The translations under genes and the position numbers were made by a program. Below are positions 20,226 through 29,489 of a DNA stretch of 60,915 bases, one piece after another. Source of the DNA: Candidatus Darwinimomas equi. GTDB taxonomy: Bacteria > Bacillota > Clostridia > Lachnospirales > Lachnospiraceae. Within the stretch, counting starts at the first letter, position 1, and the number at the start of each line of letters is the position of its first letter. Below the pieces are notes generated by a model. That model was not told the origin of the DNA. It was given only the letters and a program-made list of their open reading frames with translations, and ran no database searches. The stretch is from NCBI GenBank assembly GCA_018066045.1, contig JAGHSD010000005.1, forward strand, positions 1 through 60,915, written 5' to 3'.

Positions 20226-21199
20226 ATATGCCTTTTCGTAAAACTAATCGAATATTCTATGAGACCTTTTATCATTATCCACTCAATCGACAGATAAGCG
20301 GTTATTCCCTTCCTGGCCGCGGGGGCTTTTCTGCATTTCTTTCTGGTCTTTATTCCTTCCTTTATTCCGTCCCAGTATTCCTTCGAATATCCCATGTTTT
20401 TGAAGAACACTGCTTTTCCGAGTATTCCTAAAAGAAGCGGTATAAAATTAATAACAAGCTGCGGCACCGGCTGATTCTTATAATGCAGGTATATATTATT
20501 CCGCGAAGTAATCTGGACCTTAAACGAATTGTATTTTGATCCTGATGTTGCACTGCCGAGGTGATATACTCTTGCATCCGGAGTATACAGAATTCTGTAT
20601 CCCGCAAGCCTTGCCCTCCATGAAAGATCTATATCCTCAAGATAGGCAAAATGCGTTTCATCAAAAAAGCCTATTTCGTCAAGTATTTTTTTTCTGTATA
20701 TCGCGGCACCGGCACATGCGGAGAAAACATCCGCCTCTTTCTGATACAGCTCCGCTTTTTCATCTATTCCCCTCTGATATGCCCATCCAAGCCAGTTTAT
20801 TCCGTCTCCGGCACTGTCGATAAGACTGTGATCAGAGGATTTTATCATCTGTGCGCTTACTGCGAAGATATCTTCCGACTTACCGACAGCATTTTTAAGA
20901 TTCTCTATAAAATCCGGCTCTGCAATCGTATCGTTATTCAGAAGCAGTACATATTCGCTTTCGGTTCTGCGCAGTCCTTCGTTGACACCACCGGCAAAAC
21001 CTTTATTCTCGGGAAGCAGGACTACCTTGATTCTGCTGTCGTCCGCTGCCTCTTTCTCAAGCCACTGTGCGCTTCCGTCTGTTGAACCGTTGTCTATGAT
21101 CAGTATCTCAAACTCTCCGATTGTCTGCGTCTTAAGCGATGCAACACAGTCGGGCAGGAATTTCATTCCGTTATAGTTCGGGATAATTACTGTAATCAT
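20222..21199 (-). CDS. glycosyltransferase family 2
   Basis: MITVIIPNYNG...IIDNGSTDGS and the LLLNNDT DxD region. It has 4-nt overlaps with both neighbouring genes. Confidence 0.8.
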   Translation of the reverse strand: MITVIIPNYNGMKFLPDCVASLKTQTIGEFEILIIDNGSTDGSAQWLEKEAADDSRIKVVLLPENKGFAGGVNEGLRRTESEYVLLLNNDTIAEPDFIENLKNAVGKSEDIFAVSAQMIKSSDHSLIDSAGDGINWLGWAYQRGIDEKAELYQKEADVFSACAGAAIYRKKILDEIGFFDETHFAYLEDIDLSWRARLAGYRILYTPDARVYHLGSATSGSKYNSFKVQITSRNNIYLHYKNQPVPQLVINFIPLLLGILGKAVFFKNMGYSKEYWDGIKEGIKTRKKCRKAPAARKGITAYLSIEWIMIKGLIEYSISFTKRHI

Positions 21200-23424
21200 A
21201 AATATTTTTCTATACCCTCCATGTGGTATGGTTCACCGATTTTTTCCTTAAGCAGATCGCGCAGTGCGAAATTGGATTTCCTCAGCGTAAGATTCGGATT
21301 GTAATACGGATCTCCCTGTGCCAGTATCCCGGGCCACCTCTTCATGAATTTGGCCACTTCTCTGTTAAATCTGTCGACCTTTTCCGGCGTGTCCTCCAGC
21401 CCTCTTGACTTCGATTCATAATGATGGAATGTGGCGTACGGATTATAAACCACCAGCTTATCAAGGCTTCTCACCTTAAGGCAGAAATCAATATCGTTAA
21501 ATGCTACCGCAAGATCTTCCGAGAATCCTCCCGCACGGTCAAATACATCCCTCTTTGTCATAAGGCATGCCGCCGTTACCGCTGAGTAATCCTGTGCCGT
21601 TACCGCTCTGTGGAAATAGCTCTTCTGATACTCATACAGTCCTATAAATGTATGTCCCGCGATTCCTCCGAACCCGATTACCACACCGGCATGCTGTATG
21701 CTGTTATCTTCATACAGGAGTTTGCATCCTGTTATTCCCACATCATCGCGCTGACAGTATCCCATCATCTCCCGCAGAGAATCCGGATTGATCATCTCCA
21801 CATCATTGTTCATGAACAGAAGATATTCACCGGATGAGTACTGTACTCCGAAATTGTTGATCCTGGAGAAATTAAACCCTTTCTCCTCATACTTTACCAC
21901 CCTGACATTCGGAAGTTCTTTCTGTATCTCATCATAGTATTTCCATGTTTTATCCAGAGTTGAATTGTTCTCCACAACGATGAATTCAAGATTATTATAA
22001 CTGCCTTTCAGGAGTGATCTGATGGCGATATCCAGATCTTCCGTATGATCTTTGTTCGGGATAATTACGGAGATAAGCGGCTGTCTGTCCAGTCTGAAAT
22101 ATGTATGATATATTCCGTAATCCTCGCCCTTTTCTATCCTGTCGATTGTAATCTCCGGATGAACTCTTCCGTAATGCGCCTTTATCGCACGCGAACCGGC
22201 TTCAAATGCATACAGTTTACTCTTCGGGTTTGATGCCGTGGAATTCATATGGCATCTCCAGTGATAAAGTATCTTCGGTACATGTTTTATGCATCCGGAG
22301 TTTTCCGTTATCCTGAAAATGAAATCGTAATCCTGCGCGCCGTCATATTCCGGATCGAACCCGGCAACTCTTCCCGAGCTGACAAGTTCTCTTCTGAATA
22401 CAAAAAGATGGCATATATAATTTACACTTCGTAAAAGGTCTATATTAAAATCCGGTTTGAAATGAGGATCAAATACTCCTCCGCCGTCTACATCAAGCTT
22501 ATCTTCATCAGTATAAAGACAGTCGCACTCCGGGAAGCGCATCAGGCACGACGCACACTCAAAAAGTGCTTCTTCCGGTACCACATCATCATGATCACAC
22601 AATACGACAAAATCGCCTTCCGCCATATCAAGTGCCGCATTCGTGTTTCCTGCGATACCCAGGTTTCTGCCCAGTATCCTGTATCTTACTCTGCTGTCCT
22701 TTGCTGCATATTCCGAGAGAACGGCTTCCTTGTCCTCTCCCGGTCTGCTGCCGTCCGCGATGCATATTTCAAAATACTGATAGGTCTGATTCAGCAGACT
22801 GTCCAGTAATTCTCTCAGATAATTATCCGGTGTCTCGAATACCGGGATGACTATTGAGAATTTAACCGGAGTTTTAGTCGATCCCATCGTCCAGTCAAAA
22901 TTTTTCTGCCCGTCAAGTTCTTCTTTTTGGGGTCTTACCCTCTCATACCATTCCGAGTATTCAAAATCATTATCAATTCCCTTTATTTTGTTCCTCGACT
23001 TGAGATACACGACCTTCGGACCGTACTGTTTCAGATTGTCCATTACAACTTTCAGCGTTTCCATGTTGCAGAGATCCCTGATTTTTTCGCGTCGTTTAAA
23101 TGCCACGCTGGTCCTTTTCGCAATAAGCTCTTCGTTGAACTTTATTCTCTTCATCTGGTTATCGCAGATGATATAGAGCGAATATGTCTTACCCCTTTCG
23201 TAATCAAAAGTGATGTCAAACCCGAGATCCGTATCCACCGTCTTTTTGAAATAAATCATACTTACATCATCACGTCTTGTAGGAACCACCTTGAAATTCA
23301 CAGCCTGCTCTTTCTCGTCACAGACTCTGAATTCACGCTCCGAATACGGGTCTTTTCCTACTACCCAGCCGTTAAGCGTAATATGATTTTCTCTTACTCT
23401 GACTACGTCAATTTTGAATTTCAT
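21196..23424 (-). CDS. two-domain glycosyltransferase (2 x GT2) with ~190-aa N-terminal domain of unknown function
   Basis: The first GT2 domain has FSIVIPVFETP...CDHDD. The second has ISVIIPNKDH...FMNNDVE. The N-terminal 190 aa carry no motif I recognise. Confidence 0.8.
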   Translation of the reverse strand: MKFKIDVVRVRENHITLNGWVVGKDPYSEREFRVCDEKEQAVNFKVVPTRRDDVSMIYFKKTVDTDLGFDITFDYERGKTYSLYIICDNQMKRIKFNEELIAKRTSVAFKRREKIRDLCNMETLKVVMDNLKQYGPKVVYLKSRNKIKGIDNDFEYSEWYERVRPQKEELDGQKNFDWTMGSTKTPVKFSIVIPVFETPDNYLRELLDSLLNQTYQYFEICIADGSRPGEDKEAVLSEYAAKDSRVRYRILGRNLGIAGNTNAALDMAEGDFVVLCDHDDVVPEEALFECASCLMRFPECDCLYTDEDKLDVDGGGVFDPHFKPDFNIDLLRSVNYICHLFVFRRELVSSGRVAGFDPEYDGAQDYDFIFRITENSGCIKHVPKILYHWRCHMNSTASNPKSKLYAFEAGSRAIKAHYGRVHPEITIDRIEKGEDYGIYHTYFRLDRQPLISVIIPNKDHTEDLDIAIRSLLKGSYNNLEFIVVENNSTLDKTWKYYDEIQKELPNVRVVKYEEKGFNFSRINNFGVQYSSGEYLLFMNNDVEMINPDSLREMMGYCQRDDVGITGCKLLYEDNSIQHAGVVIGFGGIAGHTFIGLYEYQKSYFHRAVTAQDYSAVTAACLMTKRDVFDRAGGFSEDLAVAFNDIDFCLKVRSLDKLVVYNPYATFHHYESKSRGLEDTPEKVDRFNREVAKFMKRWPGILAQGDPYYNPNLTLRKSNFALRDLLKEKIGEPYHMEGIEKYL

Positions 23425-23465
23425 AATATATGTTTAAACTGTTCCCCGGTCGTTGATGTAAGTAA

Positions 23466-24410
23466 TTATTTCTCTTCGTCAAAATTCAGGCGTTCCTCCT
23501 CCACTACCAGAGGGCGCTTCATGACTCTCTGATTGATTGTCAGAACATACTCGCCCAGAAAACCGATAAAGAAAAGTATCACCGCCCCCAGGAAAAGCAT
23601 TCCGACAACCAGCGGTGCCGTACCTGCAGGGAAACGATCCCACCATATCAGTTTCATTATCAGATAGATTATTGCGATAATAAAACTTACCGCTCCGACT
23701 ATCACGCCTGCAAATGTGGCAATGCGCAGACCCACTTTGGTATATGAGGTTACCGAAAGCATTGCCCCGTCATACAGTGTGTAGAAATTGTTATGTGTTT
23801 TTCCCGCACGGCGCTTCGGCTGTTCGTACGGTATCTCTTTACGTCTGAATCCTAATTCGGCAACTATTCCGCGAAGGAACGGTGTGGGATCGTCAAGTTT
23901 ACGAAGAACCTTTATGAAATCTCTGTCATAAAGTCCGAAACCGGTAAAATGCTCTATCTGCTCCACTTCCGAGAATTTCTTTATCAGCTTGTAATACATG
24001 CTTCTTAAAGCATACATTATCCTGTTTTCCTGACTTGATTTCTTGATACCTATTACGATGCGGTATCCTTCCTCCCAGTTTTTCACGAACTCCGGTATCA
24101 TCTCCGGCGGATCCTGAAAATCTGCGGCAAGAAGTATGGTTGCATCTCCGTTACTCTGAAGCATGCCGTAATACGGGCTGTTGAACTGCCCGAAATTCTT
24201 CGCATTGAATATTGCCTTTATCTTCGGATTCAGCGCGCATAAGCCGCGGATGATGTTTCTGGTATCATCCGTCGAATCATTGTCGATGAAGATAATTTCA
24301 TAATCATAATTCTGCAGGTTCGTTCTGAATTCCTTTTCTACTGCACCTGCGATTGCTTCTGCATTTTCCTGCTCGTTGAAACACGGGATTACAACACTGA
24401 TCTTTTTCAT
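23466..24410 (-). CDS. polyprenyl-phosphate glycosyltransferase (GtrB/ArnC/DPM1-like GT2)
   Basis: ISVVIPCFNE...FIDNDSTDDT followed by two C-terminal TM helices, the typical GtrB architecture. Confidence 0.8.
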   Translation of the reverse strand: MKKISVVIPCFNEQENAEAIAGAVEKEFRTNLQNYDYEIIFIDNDSTDDTRNIIRGLCALNPKIKAIFNAKNFGQFNSPYYGMLQSNGDATILLAADFQDPPEMIPEFVKNWEEGYRIVIGIKKSSQENRIMYALRSMYYKLIKKFSEVEQIEHFTGFGLYDRDFIKVLRKLDDPTPFLRGIVAELGFRRKEIPYEQPKRRAGKTHNNFYTLYDGAMLSVTSYTKVGLRIATFAGVIVGAVSFIIAIIYLIMKLIWWDRFPAGTAPLVVGMLFLGAVILFFIGFLGEYVLTINQRVMKRPLVVEEERLNFDEEK

Positions 24411-25360
24411 TCTATTTCCCTTATTCTGTCTATTCCTTCATCAAAACTGACCTGTGGTACAAAACCGGTCAGAGCCTTCAGTTTCGATATGTCCGGATTC
24501 AGATACGGCGTACCCTCGGGAGAAACGCTTACTCTTGTGAATCCGCAGCTTCCTTTTCCTATTCTGTCATGTATTGCATTTACAAATTCGTACAGCGGTC
24601 TGGTATCTTCGCTCGCGATATTGATAACATGATCCGTCAGCTTCTCTTCTTCCGGCATCGTAAATACACAGCTTATCATATCCGCCACAGCCTTGGCACA
24701 ATCATGTATGTTCAGCATATTCCAGAGCTGTTCACAGCTTGTGAGCTCTATATATTCATCCGAGGAAAATGCTTTCACACAGCTGCTTACAAGTGTTGTC
24801 GGATGATCGCCTTCTCCGTAGGTACTGAAAATCCGCAGATGTATATATGTCATTTCCAGTTCTCTGCACAACCCGCTGCATACCCCGAGCATTTTCAGTT
24901 TCGATTTTCCGTATTCCGAGAGGGGACTGCACACCCGGGTCTCAGTTACCGGCTCCGGAGATGCGTTTCCGTTTTTTATTCTTTCAAGTGTGACCCCGTA
25001 TTCAGCCTGTGATCCGGCAAAAATAAATCTCTCGCATCCAAGCTGTTTTGCCGTTCTGACCATATTTACAGTCATCTTTTCGTTCGCGGCATTTATCTCA
25101 GGATCCTGCCTTCCGTCTCTGGTGGTTCCTCCCCAGCTCAGATGAACGCAGGCATACATTTCCGGAAGGTTCATCTCTGTCAGCTTTGTGCATTCCGACA
25201 TATCGCATTCTATGATATGCAGTTTTGTGATGTCTTCCAGTCCTGTTCTGTTTTTTGAATCCGGTCTCACCACTCCGTATACTTCATAGCCTTCGGATAT
25301 AAGATGACGCGATAACGCGCGCCCTATAAATGATGATACTCCGGTAATGATAATATTCAT
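24407..25360 (-). CDS. NAD-dependent epimerase/dehydratase (extended SDR)
   Basis: N-terminal Rossmann motif MNIIITGVSSFIG and YGKSK (YxxxK). It overlaps the GtrB-like gene by 4 nt. Confidence 0.8.
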   Translation of the reverse strand: MNIIITGVSSFIGRALSRHLISEGYEVYGVVRPDSKNRTGLEDITKLHIIECDMSECTKLTEMNLPEMYACVHLSWGGTTRDGRQDPEINAANEKMTVNMVRTAKQLGCERFIFAGSQAEYGVTLERIKNGNASPEPVTETRVCSPLSEYGKSKLKMLGVCSGLCRELEMTYIHLRIFSTYGEGDHPTTLVSSCVKAFSSDEYIELTSCEQLWNMLNIHDCAKAVADMISCVFTMPEEEKLTDHVINIASEDTRPLYEFVNAIHDRIGKGSCGFTRVSVSPEGTPYLNPDISKLKALTGFVPQVSFDEGIDRIREIE

Positions 25361-25381
25361 CCTGCACTCCTGCCTGTGATT

Positions 25382-27250
25382 TTATCTGGGGATGATCATA
25401 TTCTCATCCATCTCCTCCTCCGGAAGGAAAGGCTCCAAGTCTTCAAGCGGAGGGCTCTGGATAGTTCCGTCGGGCATTTTCTTTCCCGATGACTTCGGTT
25501 CAAAATTCTGATCATGTGTTACATACACTTCACATATAACGGGGCCTTCTGCTGCAAGTGTTTCTGCCACCTTGTCCTTCAGTTCGGAATTCGTGCTGAT
25601 CTTCACATACGGGAATCCGTATGCCCACGCCAGTTTTTCCATATCCGGAAAGCCCAGATCTCCGCTGTCTTCGCCTATACCGACAAGCGGTCTGTCTCCG
25701 AAAAACTTTTTCTGAGTCTGTCTTATACTGTGATATCCTCCGTTATTGATGATAAATATCTTGATATTCATTTTGTGGAAGATTACAGTCTCAAGCTCCT
25801 GAAGATTCATCTGTATGCTTCCGTCTCCGGTCAGGCAGATGATATCTTTGTCATACTCTCCTGTATCCTGATTGGCACAGAATGCTCCGACGGCTGCCGG
25901 AAGTCCGTATCCCATCGATGCAATTGCCGAATTGGATACATATCTCTGCCCGTTCTTTATAGTCAGACCATGGCCTCCCGCAACGCACGGTGAACCGTTG
26001 CCGACAACTATTACCTGATTCTCACGGGCCTGATCACCGATCTCTTTGAAAAATGCATACATATTCGCTGCTTTGCTGTCGTCCGCGATAAGATGTTTCA
26101 GCTGTATTACCGGATATTTACTGAGCCAGTAATCGCAGGTCTCCCGCCATGTTTTTCCGGGAAGCCCCTCGCCGTCTTTCCACACGGGATTATCTTTGGA
26201 TGCTCCCATATCATCAAGCACTTTGTTCATCACCGTCAGCAGCTGACGGCAGTCTCCCTGAACCGGCATGGACACATGCAGCGACGGCTTCTTCAGTTCT
26301 TCCGGATCAATGTCATTAACTATCGTAAATGCCTCCCGGGCCCAGCCCTTACTGTTGAAACCCACCTGACGTATACCCAGTCTTGAACCGATGCTTAAAA
26401 CCAGATCGGAATTCTGAACCGCAAAATTTCCGGGACGGTCACCCATATTTCCGGGACGTCCCGCATAAAGCGGATTTGTACTCGGCATGCAATCCTGTGA
26501 ATTCCATCCGACTACAACCGGTATGCCTAATTTTTCCGCAGCCTGCATGAATATTTCATGTGCGTGTCCTGTACGTATTCCGTTTCCTGCGTTAAGAACA
26601 GGCCTTTTCGATTCCCTGATCCTGTTTATTATCTCAAGTGCCGTGTCTTCGCTTATCTCCGGCACATTTTTGTCGTATCCTTCCCTGACCGGATCAAACC
26701 CTTCTAATTCATCCGTCTCAACAAATGCGCCCTGAACATCCAGCGGGATATCCAGCCACACAGGGCCCGGTCTTCCGTTGTTCGCAAGATAGAATGCTTT
26801 TTCCATACAGTATCTTATCTTCATCGGGTCGATGACCATCTCGCTGTATTTTGTCATGCATCCTATTGCCCTGCATATGTCAAATTCCTGGTCTCCCATC
26901 GCCCTTACTCCTACGCCCGAGTAACGCGCCGTCCAGTCATATCTTACCTGTCCCGAGATGACGAACATTGGAATTGAGTCAAGCCAGCCCCCTACCACAC
27001 CGGTGATTGCATTGGTTCCGCCCGGACCGGTAGTGACACAGAGTGCAGCTATCCTTCCTGCTATCCTTGCATAACATTCTGCGGCTATGGCCGATGCCTG
27101 CTCATGATGATTGTATGTAACCTTAAGTCCGTCCTGATGTCCCAGTGCATCATTAAGATGCATGGCACCTCCGCCTACTACACTGAAGGCATGTGTTATT
27201 CCAAAGTCTACCAGTTTCTGTGATATATAATTGCTGACTTTGATTTTCAT
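25382..27250 (-). CDS. thiamine-diphosphate-dependent enzyme, acetolactate-synthase-like
   Basis: N-terminal Pyr domain (HEQASAIAAECYARI...TTGPGGTN). C-terminal PP domain GDGS...NNGGY. I trimmed the start to MKIKVSNY (ORF-track start 27286). Confidence 0.8.
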   Translation of the reverse strand: MKIKVSNYISQKLVDFGITHAFSVVGGGAMHLNDALGHQDGLKVTYNHHEQASAIAAECYARIAGRIAALCVTTGPGGTNAITGVVGGWLDSIPMFVISGQVRYDWTARYSGVGVRAMGDQEFDICRAIGCMTKYSEMVIDPMKIRYCMEKAFYLANNGRPGPVWLDIPLDVQGAFVETDELEGFDPVREGYDKNVPEISEDTALEIINRIRESKRPVLNAGNGIRTGHAHEIFMQAAEKLGIPVVVGWNSQDCMPSTNPLYAGRPGNMGDRPGNFAVQNSDLVLSIGSRLGIRQVGFNSKGWAREAFTIVNDIDPEELKKPSLHVSMPVQGDCRQLLTVMNKVLDDMGASKDNPVWKDGEGLPGKTWRETCDYWLSKYPVIQLKHLIADDSKAANMYAFFKEIGDQARENQVIVVGNGSPCVAGGHGLTIKNGQRYVSNSAIASMGYGLPAAVGAFCANQDTGEYDKDIICLTGDGSIQMNLQELETVIFHKMNIKIFIINNGGYHSIRQTQKKFFGDRPLVGIGEDSGDLGFPDMEKLAWAYGFPYVKISTNSELKDKVAETLAAEGPVICEVYVTHDQNFEPKSSGKKMPDGTIQSPPLEDLEPFLPEEEMDENMIIPR

Positions 27251-27403
27251 TCTTTCCGATCCTTTTGCACAAAACTCCAAGAGCACCGGAAATGGAACTG
27301 GTGCCCGTAAAAACCCAATTTAACGACTATCATTTTACCATAACAGGACGGATAAATGCAATTTTTCCGCTATTATTAACACTATTGTAAGAAGCCGTAA
27401 AAG

Positions 27404-27486
27404 CAAAAAAACCGCAGCCATTGCTCAAGATGATAAAGGCAAGTGCCGTTATCCCGAAAAGACATATAATGGCTGCGGGTTTTTTC
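27404..27486. terminator. A-tract/T-tract-flanked inverted repeat with 45-nt loop (possible bidirectional terminator)
   Basis: aaaaaaaccgcagccatt ...45 nt... aatggctgcgggtttttt, immediately 3' of the DUF362 gene. The long loop is atypical for an intrinsic terminator. Confidence 0.35.
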
Positions 27487-27488
27487 AT

Positions 27489-28619
27489 TTATTTAATTGT
27501 AATCATCTCATATTCGCGGCTTCCGAGTCCGATTTCCTCCGCGCGTTCCAGACACGGTTCCCATATGGTTACCGGATTGCTCTGTCTCCACGGATCATCC
27601 GGTATCACCTTGCTTTCCGCCTTCATCTTAGCGATGCTGAGATCTCTCTGACTTCCCGGAACTACCGGAGCTGACTTGCACAGATCCACGCAGCACTGGT
27701 CAAGTGCAACCGGATCAAACGACACTGCCATTCCTACATTCGGAAGGATGGGCAGATCATTTTCGGCATGGCAGTCACAGTTCGGAGAAACATCCATAAT
27801 CATATTGATATGGAAGTTCGGTCTGTCCTGACAAACTGCAAGCGCATATTCGGCAATTCTCTTGTTGATAAGCACTGATGAAGTCTTGTAATCCGCATCA
27901 ATGGCATCTACCGGACATACTCCCATGCATCTGCCGCAGCCGACACACTTCTCTTTATCGATACTGCAGAGTCCGTCTGTTACATGAGGTGCATCATGTG
28001 CACATACTTTCGTACATGAACCGCAGCCTATGCAGCGGCTTCTTGTAACACGCGGCTTACCGTTGCTGTGCATGTCCATCTTTCCTGATCTGGAACCGGA
28101 TCCCATGCCGAGATTCTTGATTGCTCCGCCGAAGCCTACTACCTCATGTCCCTTGAAATGATTCAGCGAGATTACTATGTCTGCTGACATGATAGCTTCA
28201 CCGATTCTTGCAGGCGGCACATCGAGTCCCTTTATCTGAACCTGGGTTTCCGATGTTCCCTTCAATCCGTCAGCGATCAATGCATGACATCCAGTCTGGA
28301 GAAACGAAAATCCGTTAAGATCCGCGGTATCTAAATGATCCAGCGCATTTCTTCTGCTTCCTACGTAAAGCGTATTGCAGTCTGTAAGGAACGGCTTTCC
28401 TCCGCGCTCTCTGACATAATCCGCAACGACTCTTGCGTAATTCGGCCTTAAGAATGACATGTTTCCATATTCTCCGAAATGAATCTTTATGGCAACAAAC
28501 TTATCCTTGAAATCAATGTTTTCAAATCCCGCTTCCTTCATAATGTTGTGCAGCTTCTGAAGGTAAGACACTCCTAATTCCGTTTTAAAATTTGTGAAAT
28601 ACACTTTTGATCCTGACAT
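27489..28619 (-). CDS. DUF362 domain protein with inserted 2x[4Fe-4S] ferredoxin module
   Basis: The N-terminal region resembles DUF362 (VAIKIHFGE...FLTDCNTLY). Two CxxCxxCxxxC motifs are present (CIGCGSCTKVC, CVGCGRCMGVCP). Confidence 0.7.
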   Translation of the reverse strand: MSGSKVYFTNFKTELGVSYLQKLHNIMKEAGFENIDFKDKFVAIKIHFGEYGNMSFLRPNYARVVADYVRERGGKPFLTDCNTLYVGSRRNALDHLDTADLNGFSFLQTGCHALIADGLKGTSETQVQIKGLDVPPARIGEAIMSADIVISLNHFKGHEVVGFGGAIKNLGMGSGSRSGKMDMHSNGKPRVTRSRCIGCGSCTKVCAHDAPHVTDGLCSIDKEKCVGCGRCMGVCPVDAIDADYKTSSVLINKRIAEYALAVCQDRPNFHINMIMDVSPNCDCHAENDLPILPNVGMAVSFDPVALDQCCVDLCKSAPVVPGSQRDLSIAKMKAESKVIPDDPWRQSNPVTIWEPCLERAEEIGLGSREYEMITIK

Positions 28620-28726
28620 ACGACTCCTCCATATCCTGATCCTTTTAATATGTGTAACGACTATATTTTACTACAAACCTATCCTTAATTAAATCAGTTG
28701 TGCAGTATTTCTGAAAAACCGGGAAA

Positions 28727-29479
28727 TCAGAAAAGTTCCGGAATATCCCCGATTGCACGAACCGTCGGAACGTCACTCCTCGGTACATCACTGATCAGCA
28801 CAGCCCGGGCCCCGGCAACATTTGCCATGGCAATATCGCTTTCATATGTATCCCCGACTACCAGAAATTCATTACGCGCAATTCCCGTCATCTCCGAAAG
28901 CAGATCTATCATGAGCGTATTCGGCTTACCGATTACGTAATCGCATTCTCTGTTCGCACACCACTCGATGGGTGCCGTCATGGCTCCGCATCCCGGCATA
29001 AGCCGTGCATTTTCCCCGGGGAAGATCCTTTCTCTGTTGCAGGCAATGATGCACTTTGCATGCAGCGCCACCTGAAGTGCCTTTGTCAGACCCTCATATG
29101 TCATCTCCGGATCATAGCCGATCAGAAGGTTTTTGGCTGTCTCCTCCTGACAGGTGTTCACGCCGAGTTTCCTGAACTCTTCCAGCAGGTTCGGAGAGCC
29201 GAAAATATATACATCCTCTAAATTGTTCTTCTTCGCGGTAAGCGCAGCAAGATAACCCGAATTCAGTATCCCACCCGGTCTGCAGTCCACTCCCATATCC
29301 CGGAGATTGTTGTATATCTGCTCTCTCGTCTTCGTTGAATTGTTTGTCGTAAAGTAGACCTGCTTCCCGTTCTCTCTGAAGAAAGCGACAGTCTCATTTG
29401 CTCCCGGTATCCTTTTCGACCCGTAATAAACCGTTCCGTCCAGATCAAAAAGCACCGCTTTGATTTTTTCCAGTTTCAT
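28727..29479 (-). CDS. HAD-IIA family hydrolase (NagD-like)
   Basis: I trimmed the start to MKLEKIKAVLFDLDGTVYYG. FTTNNSTKT and VGDTYESDI motifs are present. The start lies 10 nt after the upstream stop. Confidence 0.8.
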   Translation of the reverse strand: MKLEKIKAVLFDLDGTVYYGSKRIPGANETVAFFRENGKQVYFTTNNSTKTREQIYNNLRDMGVDCRPGGILNSGYLAALTAKKNNLEDVYIFGSPNLLEEFRKLGVNTCQEETAKNLLIGYDPEMTYEGLTKALQVALHAKCIIACNRERIFPGENARLMPGCGAMTAPIEWCANRECDYVIGKPNTLMIDLLSEMTGIARNEFLVVGDTYESDIAMANVAGARAVLISDVPRSDVPTVRAIGDIPELF

Positions 29480-29489
29480 CCTGATATCC

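Noticed and set aside
22927-23532. 201-aa + strand ORF spanning a gene junction
   Set aside because: It is antisense to the dual-GT2 and GtrB-like genes and has no RBS or motifs.
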